Shown in pieces: positions 9,009-17,507 of a DNA stretch of 41,977 nt. The notes under the pieces were generated by a model. The model was not told where the DNA came from. It made no database searches and saw nothing but the letters and a program-made list of their open reading frames with translations. A program made the translations under genes and the position numbers. Source of the stretch: a virus (taxonomy: Duplodnaviria; Caudoviricetes); IMG/VR virus record IMGVR_UViG_3300027835_000481, positions 1 to 41,977 of that record. One strand, written 5' to 3'. The stretch's first letter is position 1, and every line of letters starts with the position of its first letter.

Positions 9009-10661
9009 TCAAGGAATACCGAGGGCAAGGCTGCGATAGCCCACGTCGGGATTGAAATCGACACCGGGCTGGTTGGTCTGTCCGTTGTCCACGCGCATGC
9101 CGGGTGGCGCCCCCTCGAAGCGCACCACCATCTCACCCTGCAGACGCTGGGTCTGACTCGCCGCCTGCAACGCACCCGGCGTCAACGCCGGCGTGGGATT
9201 ATCTTCACCCCGAATGACGTCGACGGCCGCCTGGAACTCTCCCGAGAAAAGATGCCGACCGAACTGGATCAGCTTACCGCCCAACTGGAACGCAAGCGTC
9301 ATGCCCTTCACCAGCAAGGTAACGATGCTGACCAACGCTTTGAACGCGAGCACCAGCACACCGCCCACTATCGTGCCAATGACCTTGAGCACCGGCATCA
9401 ACACCGGCGCGAGCAGCGCGATCAGTTCGCTCAAGGCCGCCCACAGTTCTGCGAAGCATTCCTTCAGCGCGGACAAAAACTCCTGCACCGCCTCCGCCAG
9501 TGGCCCGATCACGCTCATGATCGCAGGCCCGATCAGGCTCCAGTTCTTGTAAACGAGGTAGGCCACCGCCGCGAGCGCGGCCACCACGGCTGCAATCACG
9601 AGAAAGACGGGGTTCGCCGCGAACGCCCACAACGCCGTCCCAAGCCGGTAGACCGCACCGATGATTTGCCCGATGGCGACAAACACCTGCGCATTGGCGA
9701 TGCCGGCAAAAATAAGGAATGCATTGCCCCACCCGCCCACCGCCTCCACCGCGCGTTCGATCCACCCGATGAATCGACCGACACTGGCAAAGAACGCCTC
9801 CCAATCGAAACGCTCCAACGCCTCGCTGATGCGCCGCACCACCGCTTCGATGCGCTGTGCGATGAGCTCACGGTTGGCAGCAATCCATTCGACCAATTTG
9901 TCGATCAAGGGCTGTAACACCGGTGCGAGCCGCGCGCCGATCGTCAGTTGCAGCCCGCGCGCGGCGAGCTTTAACTTGTCCCACGAGTCGCCGAGACGGT
10001 CGGCGGCCTGCACAGATTCTTCGTCCATAATGATGCCGAGACGTTTCGCTTCGCTCGTCATCTCGGCGAGCGATTGCTTGCCTTTGATGAGAAGCGGAAT
10101 CATGTCCTGTCCCGCTTTACTGAACAGCACGGTGGCCATGCGCGCCCGCAGCGCTGGGTTCTCGTTGCGTGCGAAGGCATCAGCAAGCTCAGGCAACACG
10201 TCCGCCGCTGTGCGGATGTGACCAGCCGTATCGCGCAGCGGGATGTTGAGCTTGATGAGCAGTGCGCGTAGCTCGTCGTTCTTGCCACCGGCCGCTTCGG
10301 CCATGCCTTTGTTCAGCTTCTCGATCGAACCGTGCAGTGACTCGGTCGGAACGCCGGCGATCTTGGCCGCGTACTCCCACCCCTGAAGCGTGGCGGTACC
10401 GATGCCGAGTTTCTCCGCCGTGTCGTTCACCGCGCTGCCAAGCTCGATGAACTTGCCGACCGAATGGGTGAGGCTCGCGATCGTGGCGCCGCCCAAGAGC
10501 GAAAGCGGGAGCCCAAGCTTGGCCCCGAGCGTATCGCCTGCGCGCCCGATGTCGCGCAGCGATTTATTGGTCGCGCGCGCTACCCGCTGGATGCCTTTCA
10601 GCGCCGGCGATAAGTGATCGACCGCCGAAATGATCGCCTTTAACTGAAAGTTATCCGCCAC
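9009..10661 (-). CDS. Tail tape measure protein
   Basis: MADNFQLKAIISAVD start, Ala-rich helical body with hydrophobic segments; position after tail chaperone; GTG start. Confidence 0.9.
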   Translation of the reverse strand: MADNFQLKAIISAVDHLSPALKGIQRVARATNKSLRDIGRAGDTLGAKLGLPLSLLGGATIASLTHSVGKFIELGSAVNDTAEKLGIGTATLQGWEYAAKIAGVPTESLHGSIEKLNKGMAEAAGGKNDELRALLIKLNIPLRDTAGHIRTAADVLPELADAFARNENPALRARMATVLFSKAGQDMIPLLIKGKQSLAEMTSEAKRLGIIMDEESVQAADRLGDSWDKLKLAARGLQLTIGARLAPVLQPLIDKLVEWIAANRELIAQRIEAVVRRISEALERFDWEAFFASVGRFIGWIERAVEAVGGWGNAFLIFAGIANAQVFVAIGQIIGAVYRLGTALWAFAANPVFLVIAAVVAALAAVAYLVYKNWSLIGPAIMSVIGPLAEAVQEFLSALKECFAELWAALSELIALLAPVLMPVLKVIGTIVGGVLVLAFKALVSIVTLLVKGMTLAFQLGGKLIQFGRHLFSGEFQAAVDVIRGEDNPTPALTPGALQAASQTQRLQGEMVVRFEGAPPGMRVDNGQTNQPGVDFNPDVGYRSLALGIP

Positions 10662-10830
10662 GTTGGGCCTCGGTGAGGAGCTTGGCGATGCGCTGCGCCT
10701 GCGCTTCGTAGAGGGCTAACGCCGAGAGCGGCAGTGCCAACGTCTGCGCGGGCGACAAGCGCCAGAAATAGGCGACGTCGAAATACCGCTCGATCAGTCC
10801 GCGTCCGTCTCCCCACTCCCGAAAAAACCC
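10651..10830 (-). CDS. -1 frameshift extension of tail assembly chaperone (gpGT/gpE'-like)
   Basis: Slippery G GGT TTT TTC at 10830-10821; the -1 frame reads REWGDGRGLIERYFDVAYFWRLSPAQTLALPLSALALYEAQAQRIAKLLTEAQRGG to TAA at 10651. Confidence 0.8.
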   Translation of the reverse strand, partial: GFFREWGDGRGLIERYFDVAYFWRLSPAQTLALPLSALALYEAQAQRIAKLLTEAQRGG

Positions 10831-11084
10831 AACACCACCCCCATCGCCGCCTGGTAATCGGCGACCGCGAGCTGTTTCACGCTGGAGGGCGGAATGGCCG
10901 CAAGCCGCGCAATGAGCTTCGAGACGGACTCGGCGATGGGATAGGCTTTACCTTCGCCAATGGCGAGCGGATAGCCGCACTTCTCGATGTCTTCCCCGGT
11001 GGGCTCACGCAGCTTCAATTCCTGTATGTCTTCCCCATGTGCGGTGATGGGTTTGCGCAGTTTGATTGTCGTTGTCTCGTTCAT
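10794..11084 (-). CDS. Tail assembly chaperone (Mu gp41-like)
   Basis: L.KPITAHGE.I.EL.LREPTG.D; ATGA overlap with tube stop. Confidence 0.88.
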   Translation of the reverse strand: MNETTTIKLRKPITAHGEDIQELKLREPTGEDIEKCGYPLAIGEGKAYPIAESVSKLIARLAAIPPSSVKQLAVADYQAAMGVVLGFFGSGETDAD

Positions 11085-11437
11085 GTCCACGTCCCCTTCA
11101 TGCCTTTAAATTCAAGTTCCACTTCACCCTCGTCGGCCTTGACCGCGGTCTCGCCCACGAGCACCGCACCGGCGAGCGTGTACACGCGCCCGTTTGGCAG
11201 CTCGACGGTCACGGTCATGTCGGTGCTGTCGCGGACTTTCTTAAGTGGGAAGTCATCGGTGAAGAAGGACGCCACCTTGACGTAGTGGGCGATGGCGGTT
11301 TCTTTGAAACCCGCGGGGCCGGTGAGACCCATGACGACTTCTTTGTTGGTATCGACCAGTGGGCACTCGACGCTGCCCTTCACTTCCAGCTGATCGCTGT
11401 CGACTTTGATGTAACAAATGCCGGCAATGCGTTTCAT
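11081..11437 (-). CDS. Tail tube protein (Mu gpM-like)
   Basis: RIAG.CY.KVD..Q, EL.NG.VY.L..A, GE..LEF.G; GAGG RBS. Confidence 0.92.
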   Translation of the reverse strand: MKRIAGICYIKVDSDQLEVKGSVECPLVDTNKEVVMGLTGPAGFKETAIAHYVKVASFFTDDFPLKKVRDSTDMTVTVELPNGRVYTLAGAVLVGETAVKADEGEVELEFKGMKGTWT

Positions 11438-11474
11438 GGATTCCTCAAGGAATTCTTTTGGTTATACTTCGCCC

Positions 11475-11573
11475 CATCGGCCATCCAGCTCCCTGTGTGG
11501 CCGATACGTGCGCAGCAGGTATGCGCGCTTGTGGGCGGGCCGACTCCCCCTTGGGCCCGCCTTTCTTTCTTTT
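11475..11573 (+). ncRNA. Candidate three-hairpin small RNA antisense to the tail operon
   Basis: TATACT -10 at 11463-11468; stems 11476-11505, 11508-11528 and 11534-11561; T-rich tail 11562-11573; C-rich loops. Confidence 0.5.
11534..11573 (+). terminator. Intrinsic terminator on the + strand
   Basis: GGCGGGCC-loop-GGCCCGCC followed by TTTCTTTCTTTT. Confidence 0.7.
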
Positions 11574-11579
11574 CCTGAT

Positions 11580-13067
11580 CTAGTTGGCGTACGCCAGTCG
11601 AAACTGATTCAGCAGCGCGAAGACGCGCAATTGATTGACGTAATCGGGCGGGAATAAAACATTCACGCGGTTTGGATCGAGCCGGTCTCGCTCGACGATC
11701 AGGTACTGCGCGAAAACTTCCGCGTTCTCGACGATGCCCTGCGCTTCCAACTCGCCGTAGGCCGCAATCATCTCGCCACGCAGCACGTTCGGCGTCACCA
11801 TCGCCTGACCCGCACCGAAGCGGGTACCGTCGTTCGCGAGCTTGTGACGTGCGTACTTCTGCGTGATACGCGAGCGGATCGTGCGGATCACGTAAGCAGT
11901 GGTGTGCAGCGTCTCGGAGTCGAGATAACTCGGATCGGGTTGATTGAAGGGATTGCGCTGATACGTGGTGACCGCCCGTTCGATACGCACCACCCCGCCG
12001 CCGACATAACTGGTGGCGATGCCGGACTTGAGAAACGTCTGACGCTCGGAGAGCACGAAACGCTTACCCGGCAGCGCCGGCAGTAAACCGACCAGCTCGC
12101 CGGTCTGGGTCGGGCGCGCCGGATCGACCGCAATAAAGACGCTGTTGCGCGCGCCGTACACGGCGGCGTACTCCCAGATCGGCGCCGGGACTTCCGGTTC
12201 TACCCCGGCGATGGTCGTGTGCGGATCGTTGCGCGTGAGGCCGAAGGCAACGAGCGTTGAGAACGCGCCTCGGCGTGCGGTATAGGCGTGTCCGTAGATT
12301 TGGCGAGACCAGGACCAGCGGCCGGTGCTGTCGTTCAGTTCGAGACGTAGCAGGTCGAGATTGGCGCTATCGGTATACGGATGAACGATGAAGTCGTATT
12401 CCTCATCGCCCATCGCGGTGATGGCGGCGGTGAACGAAGGATTGGTGGCTCCGCCCATCATTGGGGTAATGGCCAGCGCAACACCGGCGGGCAACATCTC
12501 GCCACCCAGATTGCCGCGATAATTCGGGATCAGCGTGATGTCGTTGCCGGTCTCGCCGCGCCATTTGCAGGTGAAGGTCACGGTGCCGCCCACCGCTGTC
12601 GCACTGACCGGCAGACTCGGTGTTGCATTCACCGCGGTGGCCAAGAAACCGGCGATTGCCGCGGCGGTATCGCCTGCGGCGACACCGATCTGCACACGCT
12701 GGCCTGCGAGGTAGAGCGAGAGCGTGCCGGCGGCGGTGGCGGTACCGGTGAGGACGACCGAACCGCTCGCCTGCACACCGGCAATCGCATCGGCCAATGC
12801 AATACACCACACCTCGCCGAAGCTATCGGTCTTGCGATAGCACTCGTGCATGCGCGCGAGCATCGAGCCCTCGCCGAACAGAAGCTTCGCCTCATCGGTG
12901 CGCGACACGAGATAGGGTTCGCCCGCCAGCGCATTGCCCGCGGCCAGCTTCTGGCCGATCAGGAGCGTGCGCAGGTTCTGGGTGAAGTAACTCGCCTGGC
13001 TGTTGTCGACTTCGGCGTAAAATAATGGAACGCGGATGTCGGCCGGGATCTGATTGAACGAGATCAT
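11580..13067 (-). CDS. Tail sheath protein (Mu gpL-like)
   Basis: ISFNQIP..IRVPLFYAE.DNS.A, FG.GSML.RM, DPARPTQTG.L, R.KLANDGTRFG.GQ. Confidence 0.95.
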   Translation of the reverse strand: MISFNQIPADIRVPLFYAEVDNSQASYFTQNLRTLLIGQKLAAGNALAGEPYLVSRTDEAKLLFGEGSMLARMHECYRKTDSFGEVWCIALADAIAGVQASGSVVLTGTATAAGTLSLYLAGQRVQIGVAAGDTAAAIAGFLATAVNATPSLPVSATAVGGTVTFTCKWRGETGNDITLIPNYRGNLGGEMLPAGVALAITPMMGGATNPSFTAAITAMGDEEYDFIVHPYTDSANLDLLRLELNDSTGRWSWSRQIYGHAYTARRGAFSTLVAFGLTRNDPHTTIAGVEPEVPAPIWEYAAVYGARNSVFIAVDPARPTQTGELVGLLPALPGKRFVLSERQTFLKSGIATSYVGGGVVRIERAVTTYQRNPFNQPDPSYLDSETLHTTAYVIRTIRSRITQKYARHKLANDGTRFGAGQAMVTPNVLRGEMIAAYGELEAQGIVENAEVFAQYLIVERDRLDPNRVNVLFPPDYVNQLRVFALLNQFRLAYAN

Positions 13068-13228
13068 GGGCTGACCTCCGAGGCAGACGTTTCAACGATC
13101 ACGACATCGCCGTCGTTACACCGACGCAGCCAATACTGGGTCGGTTCGACCTCGCGGCCTTCGATGGGCAACACGCCGCCTCGCTCGGGGTCCGGCACAT
13201 GCCGCCCGAGGACTGGTTTGATGAACAT
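13064..13228 (-). CDS. Small tail protein DUF2635 (Mu gp38-like), 54 aa
   Basis: Read by hand: MFIKPVLGRHVPDPERGGVLPIEGREVEPTQYWLRRCNDGDVV; AGGAG RBS; ATGA overlap with sheath. Confidence 0.88.
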   Translation of the reverse strand: MFIKPVLGRHVPDPERGGVLPIEGREVEPTQYWLRRCNDGDVVIVETSASEVSP

Positions 13229-13243
13229 GGGTGCTCCTGAACG

Positions 13244-13819
13244 CTAGGGAACGGGAATGGTTAGCTCGGTCTCGATGCGACCATCGGGGCCGGGGTACTT
13301 GATGTTGGGATCGGCCATCGGGTCGATGGCATCGACACGAATCTGAACCGTCGTAAATGCCGGCGCGGCGGCGAGTTGCTCTCCGTGATAGGTATCCGGA
13401 GTAACGATCTCGACGTCGGCCGCGAACTCGCACTGGTAATAGAGTCGCGCGCGATCGAGATGCAGCAGCTGTCCGCCTTCGTATTCGATCGGGCTGTAGG
13501 CGGCATCCATCTCCCAACCGAGCAGCGCTTTCCAAAGCTCGGCACGTAAGTCGTGGACACTGTTGATCGCACCCTGTCCGCGTTCATCGGCACTGTTGGA
13601 GATCGCCATCACGACCGCGAAACTGTCGCGCAGTACCTGGCGATAGCCGTTTTGTGAACGCTGCGGCTCGGTGTGGTCATCGAGCGGGATGACGTAAGCC
13701 GCGGGCACCGCGAGGTTCGCCGCTTCGGGTAATACTTTGAATTCGGCGGCGCCGGCGGCACGGCCTGCGAACGACGGGCAGCGCTGGCGGATCGCTTCCA
13801 CCAACGGCGCGAGTTTCAT
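13244..13819 (-). CDS. Tail terminator/completion protein
   Basis: F.GR.AGAAEF..L, PAAYVIP, DERGQ, ALLGW; position before sheath. Confidence 0.8.
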   Translation of the reverse strand: MKLAPLVEAIRQRCPSFAGRAAGAAEFKVLPEAANLAVPAAYVIPLDDHTEPQRSQNGYRQVLRDSFAVVMAISNSADERGQGAINSVHDLRAELWKALLGWEMDAAYSPIEYEGGQLLHLDRARLYYQCEFAADVEIVTPDTYHGEQLAAAPAFTTVQIRVDAIDPMADPNIKYPGPDGRIETELTIPVP

Positions 13820-14223
13820 GCGCGCGGAACCAGCGAGTCGGCCAGTGCACCGCGCAATGTCGTACGCACGCCATCTCTACGGGACTCCAGCGCATCGATC
13901 ATGTAATTCCGGCGCGGGGCAAGATTGCGTGCGGGCGAACCAAAATACAGGAACGCTGGGTAGTACGCCGGCATGGTGGGCGTTTTCTCTGGCATGATTT
14001 TCACGAGAAAGCCCGAGCGCGAGACGCGGACCTTGATGCTGCGCCATAGCTCGCCGCTCGTTCGGCCGGGGTATTCGCCGGGGTGTGAGATGGCGCGGCG
14101 GGCAATTAAGCGGCGGGCGGTTTTCTGGACATCGCGACCGATGCCACGCAGTGCACGGCGTACTTTCGATTTGTCGAAATCGATACGGCTGTGGCCTTCG
14201 ATCGTCTCGTGAATCTCAAGCAT
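13816..14223 (-). CDS. Neck/tail completion protein (HK97 gp10-like)
   Basis: S.PGEYPG..SG.L.RSI, YPAFL.FG, PR.NYM..AL. Confidence 0.8.
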   Translation of the reverse strand: MLEIHETIEGHSRIDFDKSKVRRALRGIGRDVQKTARRLIARRAISHPGEYPGRTSGELWRSIKVRVSRSGFLVKIMPEKTPTMPAYYPAFLYFGSPARNLAPRRNYMIDALESRRDGVRTTLRGALADSLVPRA

Positions 14224-14559
14224 TTACGTAATGGCTCCGAGTTCCTGCGCTTCCATCACCGTAAAGCGGTGTGCGCCGTTCAGGTCGCTCACGCGCTGGA
14301 TGCGATAACGGTTGCCGGCGTACTCGATGACGTGCTCGGCGCTGATATCGGTGCGATAACGGATCGTGAAGCGATGTGTCACGTTCTCGCCGGTTTGTTT
14401 GGTGCCGTAGTAGATGACGCCTGCGACCGGTTCGACCTTGGCCCACAACGACACGCCGGCATCGAACGTCTGGTCCACCCCGAAGGCGGCGTTCGGCATA
14501 TCCTGCCAACGGCGGATCGTGACGAGGCGGTTCAGCTCACCGATGGTAGGTAACGGCAT
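14224..14559 (-). CDS. Head closure/head-tail joining protein (SPP1 gp16-like)
   Basis: GELNR.VTI, WAKVEP, THRFTIRYR; ATG at 14559. Confidence 0.88.
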   Translation of the reverse strand: MPLPTIGELNRLVTIRRWQDMPNAAFGVDQTFDAGVSLWAKVEPVAGVIYYGTKQTGENVTHRFTIRYRTDISAEHVIEYAGNRYRIQRVSDLNGAHRFTVMEAQELGAIT

Positions 14560-15128
14560 CACAGCATCGGTACTCGGTGAGGATCGAGTAGTCCGCCCAG
14601 GAACGGTGTGACCCATAACTCCCGCTCTTCGGCGCTCGCGCGGTGCTCATACCAATGCCCGACCTGTAACAACATCCACTGGCGGATCGAGGCCGGTACC
14701 GTGGCACCGGCATTACCGAATCCCGCTACAAATACCACCGAAACAGCATTGATCTCCTCGCGTGTCTCCGGCCATACCAACCCGAAACCTGGCACCACGC
14801 GCGCGATGAGCGATGCGGCGTCGAGTTTGTAATTGGTCGCCGCGAACGTTTGCAACACACCATCGCTGTCGCGGTACTGGATGCTCGTTACCGATTGCAC
14901 GGGGTTACGCGGCAACGCGATCGCATCGATCGGGAATCGGTCGAGTAAGAGTTCCCATGTTTGCGTGATCAGCGCACGGCAGAGTTCTTGCTCGGCGGCC
15001 TGACGGGCGGCGGCGATTAGCACGCGGATCAGTGCATCTTCGGCCGGGTCGCTGACGCGTAGATGGAGTTTTGCGTCGACGAGCGAGACCGGCTCCTGCG
15101 CCGGGGGTGTGATTAACCGCAGGGCCAT
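14559..15128 (-). CDS. Head-tail connector/adaptor (HK97 gp6-like)
   Basis: EPVSL..AK.HLRV....ED.LI..LI.AAR..AE....RALITQTW; VP..IRQWMLL..GHWYE.R. Confidence 0.9.
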   Translation of the reverse strand: MALRLITPPAQEPVSLVDAKLHLRVSDPAEDALIRVLIAAARQAAEQELCRALITQTWELLLDRFPIDAIALPRNPVQSVTSIQYRDSDGVLQTFAATNYKLDAASLIARVVPGFGLVWPETREEINAVSVVFVAGFGNAGATVPASIRQWMLLQVGHWYEHRASAEERELWVTPFLGGLLDPHRVPML

Positions 15129-15131
15129 GCG

Positions 15132-15368
15132 TTACTTCGGCTTCTTCGTCGTGGGATCGGTGCGGGCGTCCTCACGCGGCGTGTGCTGTTTTACTTTCAC
15201 GCTCAATTCCTCGGCGAGGTAGCGCACGGCCTCAGGGTGGTCGTCGGCGACGCCGTCTTTTACGGCCTGGAGGGCGAGTTTGTCGTCGAGTTCGACCAGG
15301 TCGTTACAGCGATACGGAACCTCCTCGATGCGGGTGTCGGCGAGGAGGCGGATTCTTTTCGTGGGCAT
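15132..15368 (-). CDS. Small hypothetical head-associated protein
   Basis: GGAG RBS; lies between capsid and connector. Confidence 0.7.
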   Translation of the reverse strand: MPTKRIRLLADTRIEEVPYRCNDLVELDDKLALQAVKDGVADDHPEAVRYLAEELSVKVKQHTPREDARTDPTTKKPK

Positions 15369-15402
15369 GGGTTACTCCAAAAAAAATGGAAGGCAGAAAC
15401 GG

Positions 15403-15425
15403 CACGGCCCGCAAAGCGGGCCGTG
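15403..15425 (-). terminator. Stem-loop after capsid gene (terminator or mRNA stabiliser)
   Basis: CACGGCCCGC-AAA-GCGGGCCGTG perfect 10-bp stem; weak U-tract. Confidence 0.55.
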
Positions 15426-15450
15426 TGCCATCAAGAAAAGGTTGGGCTAA

Positions 15451-16677
15451 TTACGTGGCGGAGTTCTGGTAATACTTCACTGCTCCACCAATATCGATGT
15501 AGTTGCCGCCGTGGCGCGACCACATGAGGAAACCTACCTGTCCGCGTTTCATGTAAGCCGAATCGGTGAAGCGAAACAGTGTCGCCTCCATCACGTCGCG
15601 AATCTTGTAATACGAGAAATCGCCGAAGAGGATCGAGCGCGCATTCGCCGCCATCGGGGCGACGTCCTGGTTCACGGTGAGCGGGTAGCCGAGCAGGGTG
15701 TCGGGGGCGGCGCGCTGGATACCGGCGTCGTAGCTCGGCACCCAGATCGGACGGTTCTGTGCGTCTTTGATCTTACGGATCACTTTGACCGCGCTGTCCG
15801 ACATCATGAAGCGGCAGCGGCCCGCCTCGCGGTAGGCGGGATCGATCGCATGCACGAGGTCGACCAGATCGTCGAAGACGACGGTGACTGTCTGGCCTGT
15901 GGCGCCGACCTTCGCAGCGGTCGCCGCGGTGACGACGCCGCGTGGCTCATTGATGCCGCTGCCCACGGTGAATTTGGTGTTGGTGATGCGCCCGATACGG
16001 GTCACCAGCCGACCACGAATGAAGGCTTCGATGTCGATCTGGGAGTCTTGCAGTAACTCAATCGGGACGGCCACTACCTTGGACGAATACTTGTAGACAT
16101 TGAGCGAGACCGTGCCGAAAGAAAGATCGAGGTCGGTCGCGGCTGTATTCTCGGAGATCTGTTCGCCGGTCTCGGAGGTACCATCCGAGGTCGGGAAATT
16201 CATGGTGCTTCCCTGCGCGGTCTGGAACACCTCCGCGACACCGCGCATGCCGCCGTAGGCCTTGAGCGCTTCGAGCAGCGTCTTGGCGACTTCGGTTTGG
16301 ACGGTGAAACCGCCTTCGGCACCTGTGGTCGTGCTCATCGCCGCGCGGATTTGCGTCCAGTCGTCGTTGGTGAGGACCTTGTCGCCGCCGCGCATCCATT
16401 TGGCGAACAGGGAATCTTTGCCGACTCGGCCGTCGCGCAGGGCGCGTTCGCCTGCTTCTTTCAGCATCCCGCCCATGGCTTCATCGGCAAGGCGGTCATG
16501 GAACGCCTGGATGCGGCCGATCTCGGCGTCGACCGCATCGATCTCGGCGATACCCTGATCGTATTGCGACTGCTGAGCGGGTCCCCACTTGTTACCGGGG
16601 TGCTGGTCGAGAACGTCGTGAATGGTCTTCGCGAGCGCGTTGCGACGCTCGCGCAGGGCCTGGATGCCTTGCTGCAT
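15451..16677 (-). CDS. Major capsid protein, HK97 fold with N-terminal delta domain
   Basis: Coiled-coil N-terminus, GG.TV, ELLQDS..DIE, GDFSYY.IRDV, GQVGF. Confidence 0.95.
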   Translation of the reverse strand: MQQGIQALRERRNALAKTIHDVLDQHPGNKWGPAQQSQYDQGIAEIDAVDAEIGRIQAFHDRLADEAMGGMLKEAGERALRDGRVGKDSLFAKWMRGGDKVLTNDDWTQIRAAMSTTTGAEGGFTVQTEVAKTLLEALKAYGGMRGVAEVFQTAQGSTMNFPTSDGTSETGEQISENTAATDLDLSFGTVSLNVYKYSSKVVAVPIELLQDSQIDIEAFIRGRLVTRIGRITNTKFTVGSGINEPRGVVTAATAAKVGATGQTVTVVFDDLVDLVHAIDPAYREAGRCRFMMSDSAVKVIRKIKDAQNRPIWVPSYDAGIQRAAPDTLLGYPLTVNQDVAPMAANARSILFGDFSYYKIRDVMEATLFRFTDSAYMKRGQVGFLMWSRHGGNYIDIGGAVKYYQNSAT

Positions 16678-16702
16678 GGATGTGTCTCCGGTAAGGGGAA
16701 AT

Positions 16703-16737
16703 AAAAAAGCCGCTCCCGAGTTATCGGGGAGCGGCTT
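16703..16737 (-). terminator. Intrinsic terminator-like hairpin between protease and capsid genes
   Basis: AAGCCGCTCCC/GGGAGCGGCTT stem followed by a T-run on the minus strand. Confidence 0.7.
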
Positions 16738-16772
16738 GTGGGTACGTCTCGATGAATGCCTAGCGGGTGGCG

Positions 16773-17507
16773 CTAATTTCTTCGTCGCACCAGCTCGAAG
16801 CGCCGACGAAGTTCCTCAGACTTATTCAACGTAACCGGTGATAGGGCGGTCTCGACCAATAGCGCGCCCTGTGGTGCATGCGCGTAAACGCCGAGATTCC
16901 AAGCCGCCTGCGCGCTCACACTCTCCTCTGCAATCCGGTTCGCGAACCGCGCCTTCACCGCTTCATCCGCCGTGAACCACGTCTCCGCCTCCATCCACTG
17001 GCGAATCTGCGACGTTGGCTGCCCGGTGCGCTGCAGGTATGTATCGGCGATGGTGTTATCTATTTTCTCTAACAACGTTGCCATATCGAGCATGTCTTGC
17101 GAGTTACCGAACGCCATCGACCAAGAGCGATGAATCATGAGGAAGGCGCCCTTCGCCATCACCACTTCATCCGCAGCCATGGTCACAAGGGTCGCCGCGC
17201 TCGCCGCATAACCATCGACGTGAGCAATGAATCTTGCCGGATGTTCACGGATAGCCTGCTCGATCACGCGGGCGGCGAAGACGTCACCGCCGGGTGAGTT
17301 GATGCGAAGGTGAATCACCGGTGCCTCGATGGTCCGCAACGCCTGAACAAACGGCTTCGGTGCGATCCCGCCGAATGCCTCTGCCGTCAGTTCATCGCTC
17401 ACCATAACGTCGTAGAGATACACCGTCGCTTCCTGCACGGTCGCATGTACCTCAAACCGTCGCGGGGCGGCACGATTATCCGCCAGCAGCTGTAGCATCG
17501 GGTGCAT
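16773..17507 (-). CDS. Prohead maturation protease, ClpP/S14 family
   Basis: LRINSPGGDVF, VDGYAASAA, MIH, METETWFTA.EA-like segment; ATG at 17507 with GGAG RBS. Confidence 0.92.
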   Translation of the reverse strand: MHPMLQLLADNRAAPRRFEVHATVQEATVYLYDVMVSDELTAEAFGGIAPKPFVQALRTIEAPVIHLRINSPGGDVFAARVIEQAIREHPARFIAHVDGYAASAATLVTMAADEVVMAKGAFLMIHRSWSMAFGNSQDMLDMATLLEKIDNTIADTYLQRTGQPTSQIRQWMEAETWFTADEAVKARFANRIAEESVSAQAAWNLGVYAHAPQGALLVETALSPVTLNKSEELRRRFELVRRRN

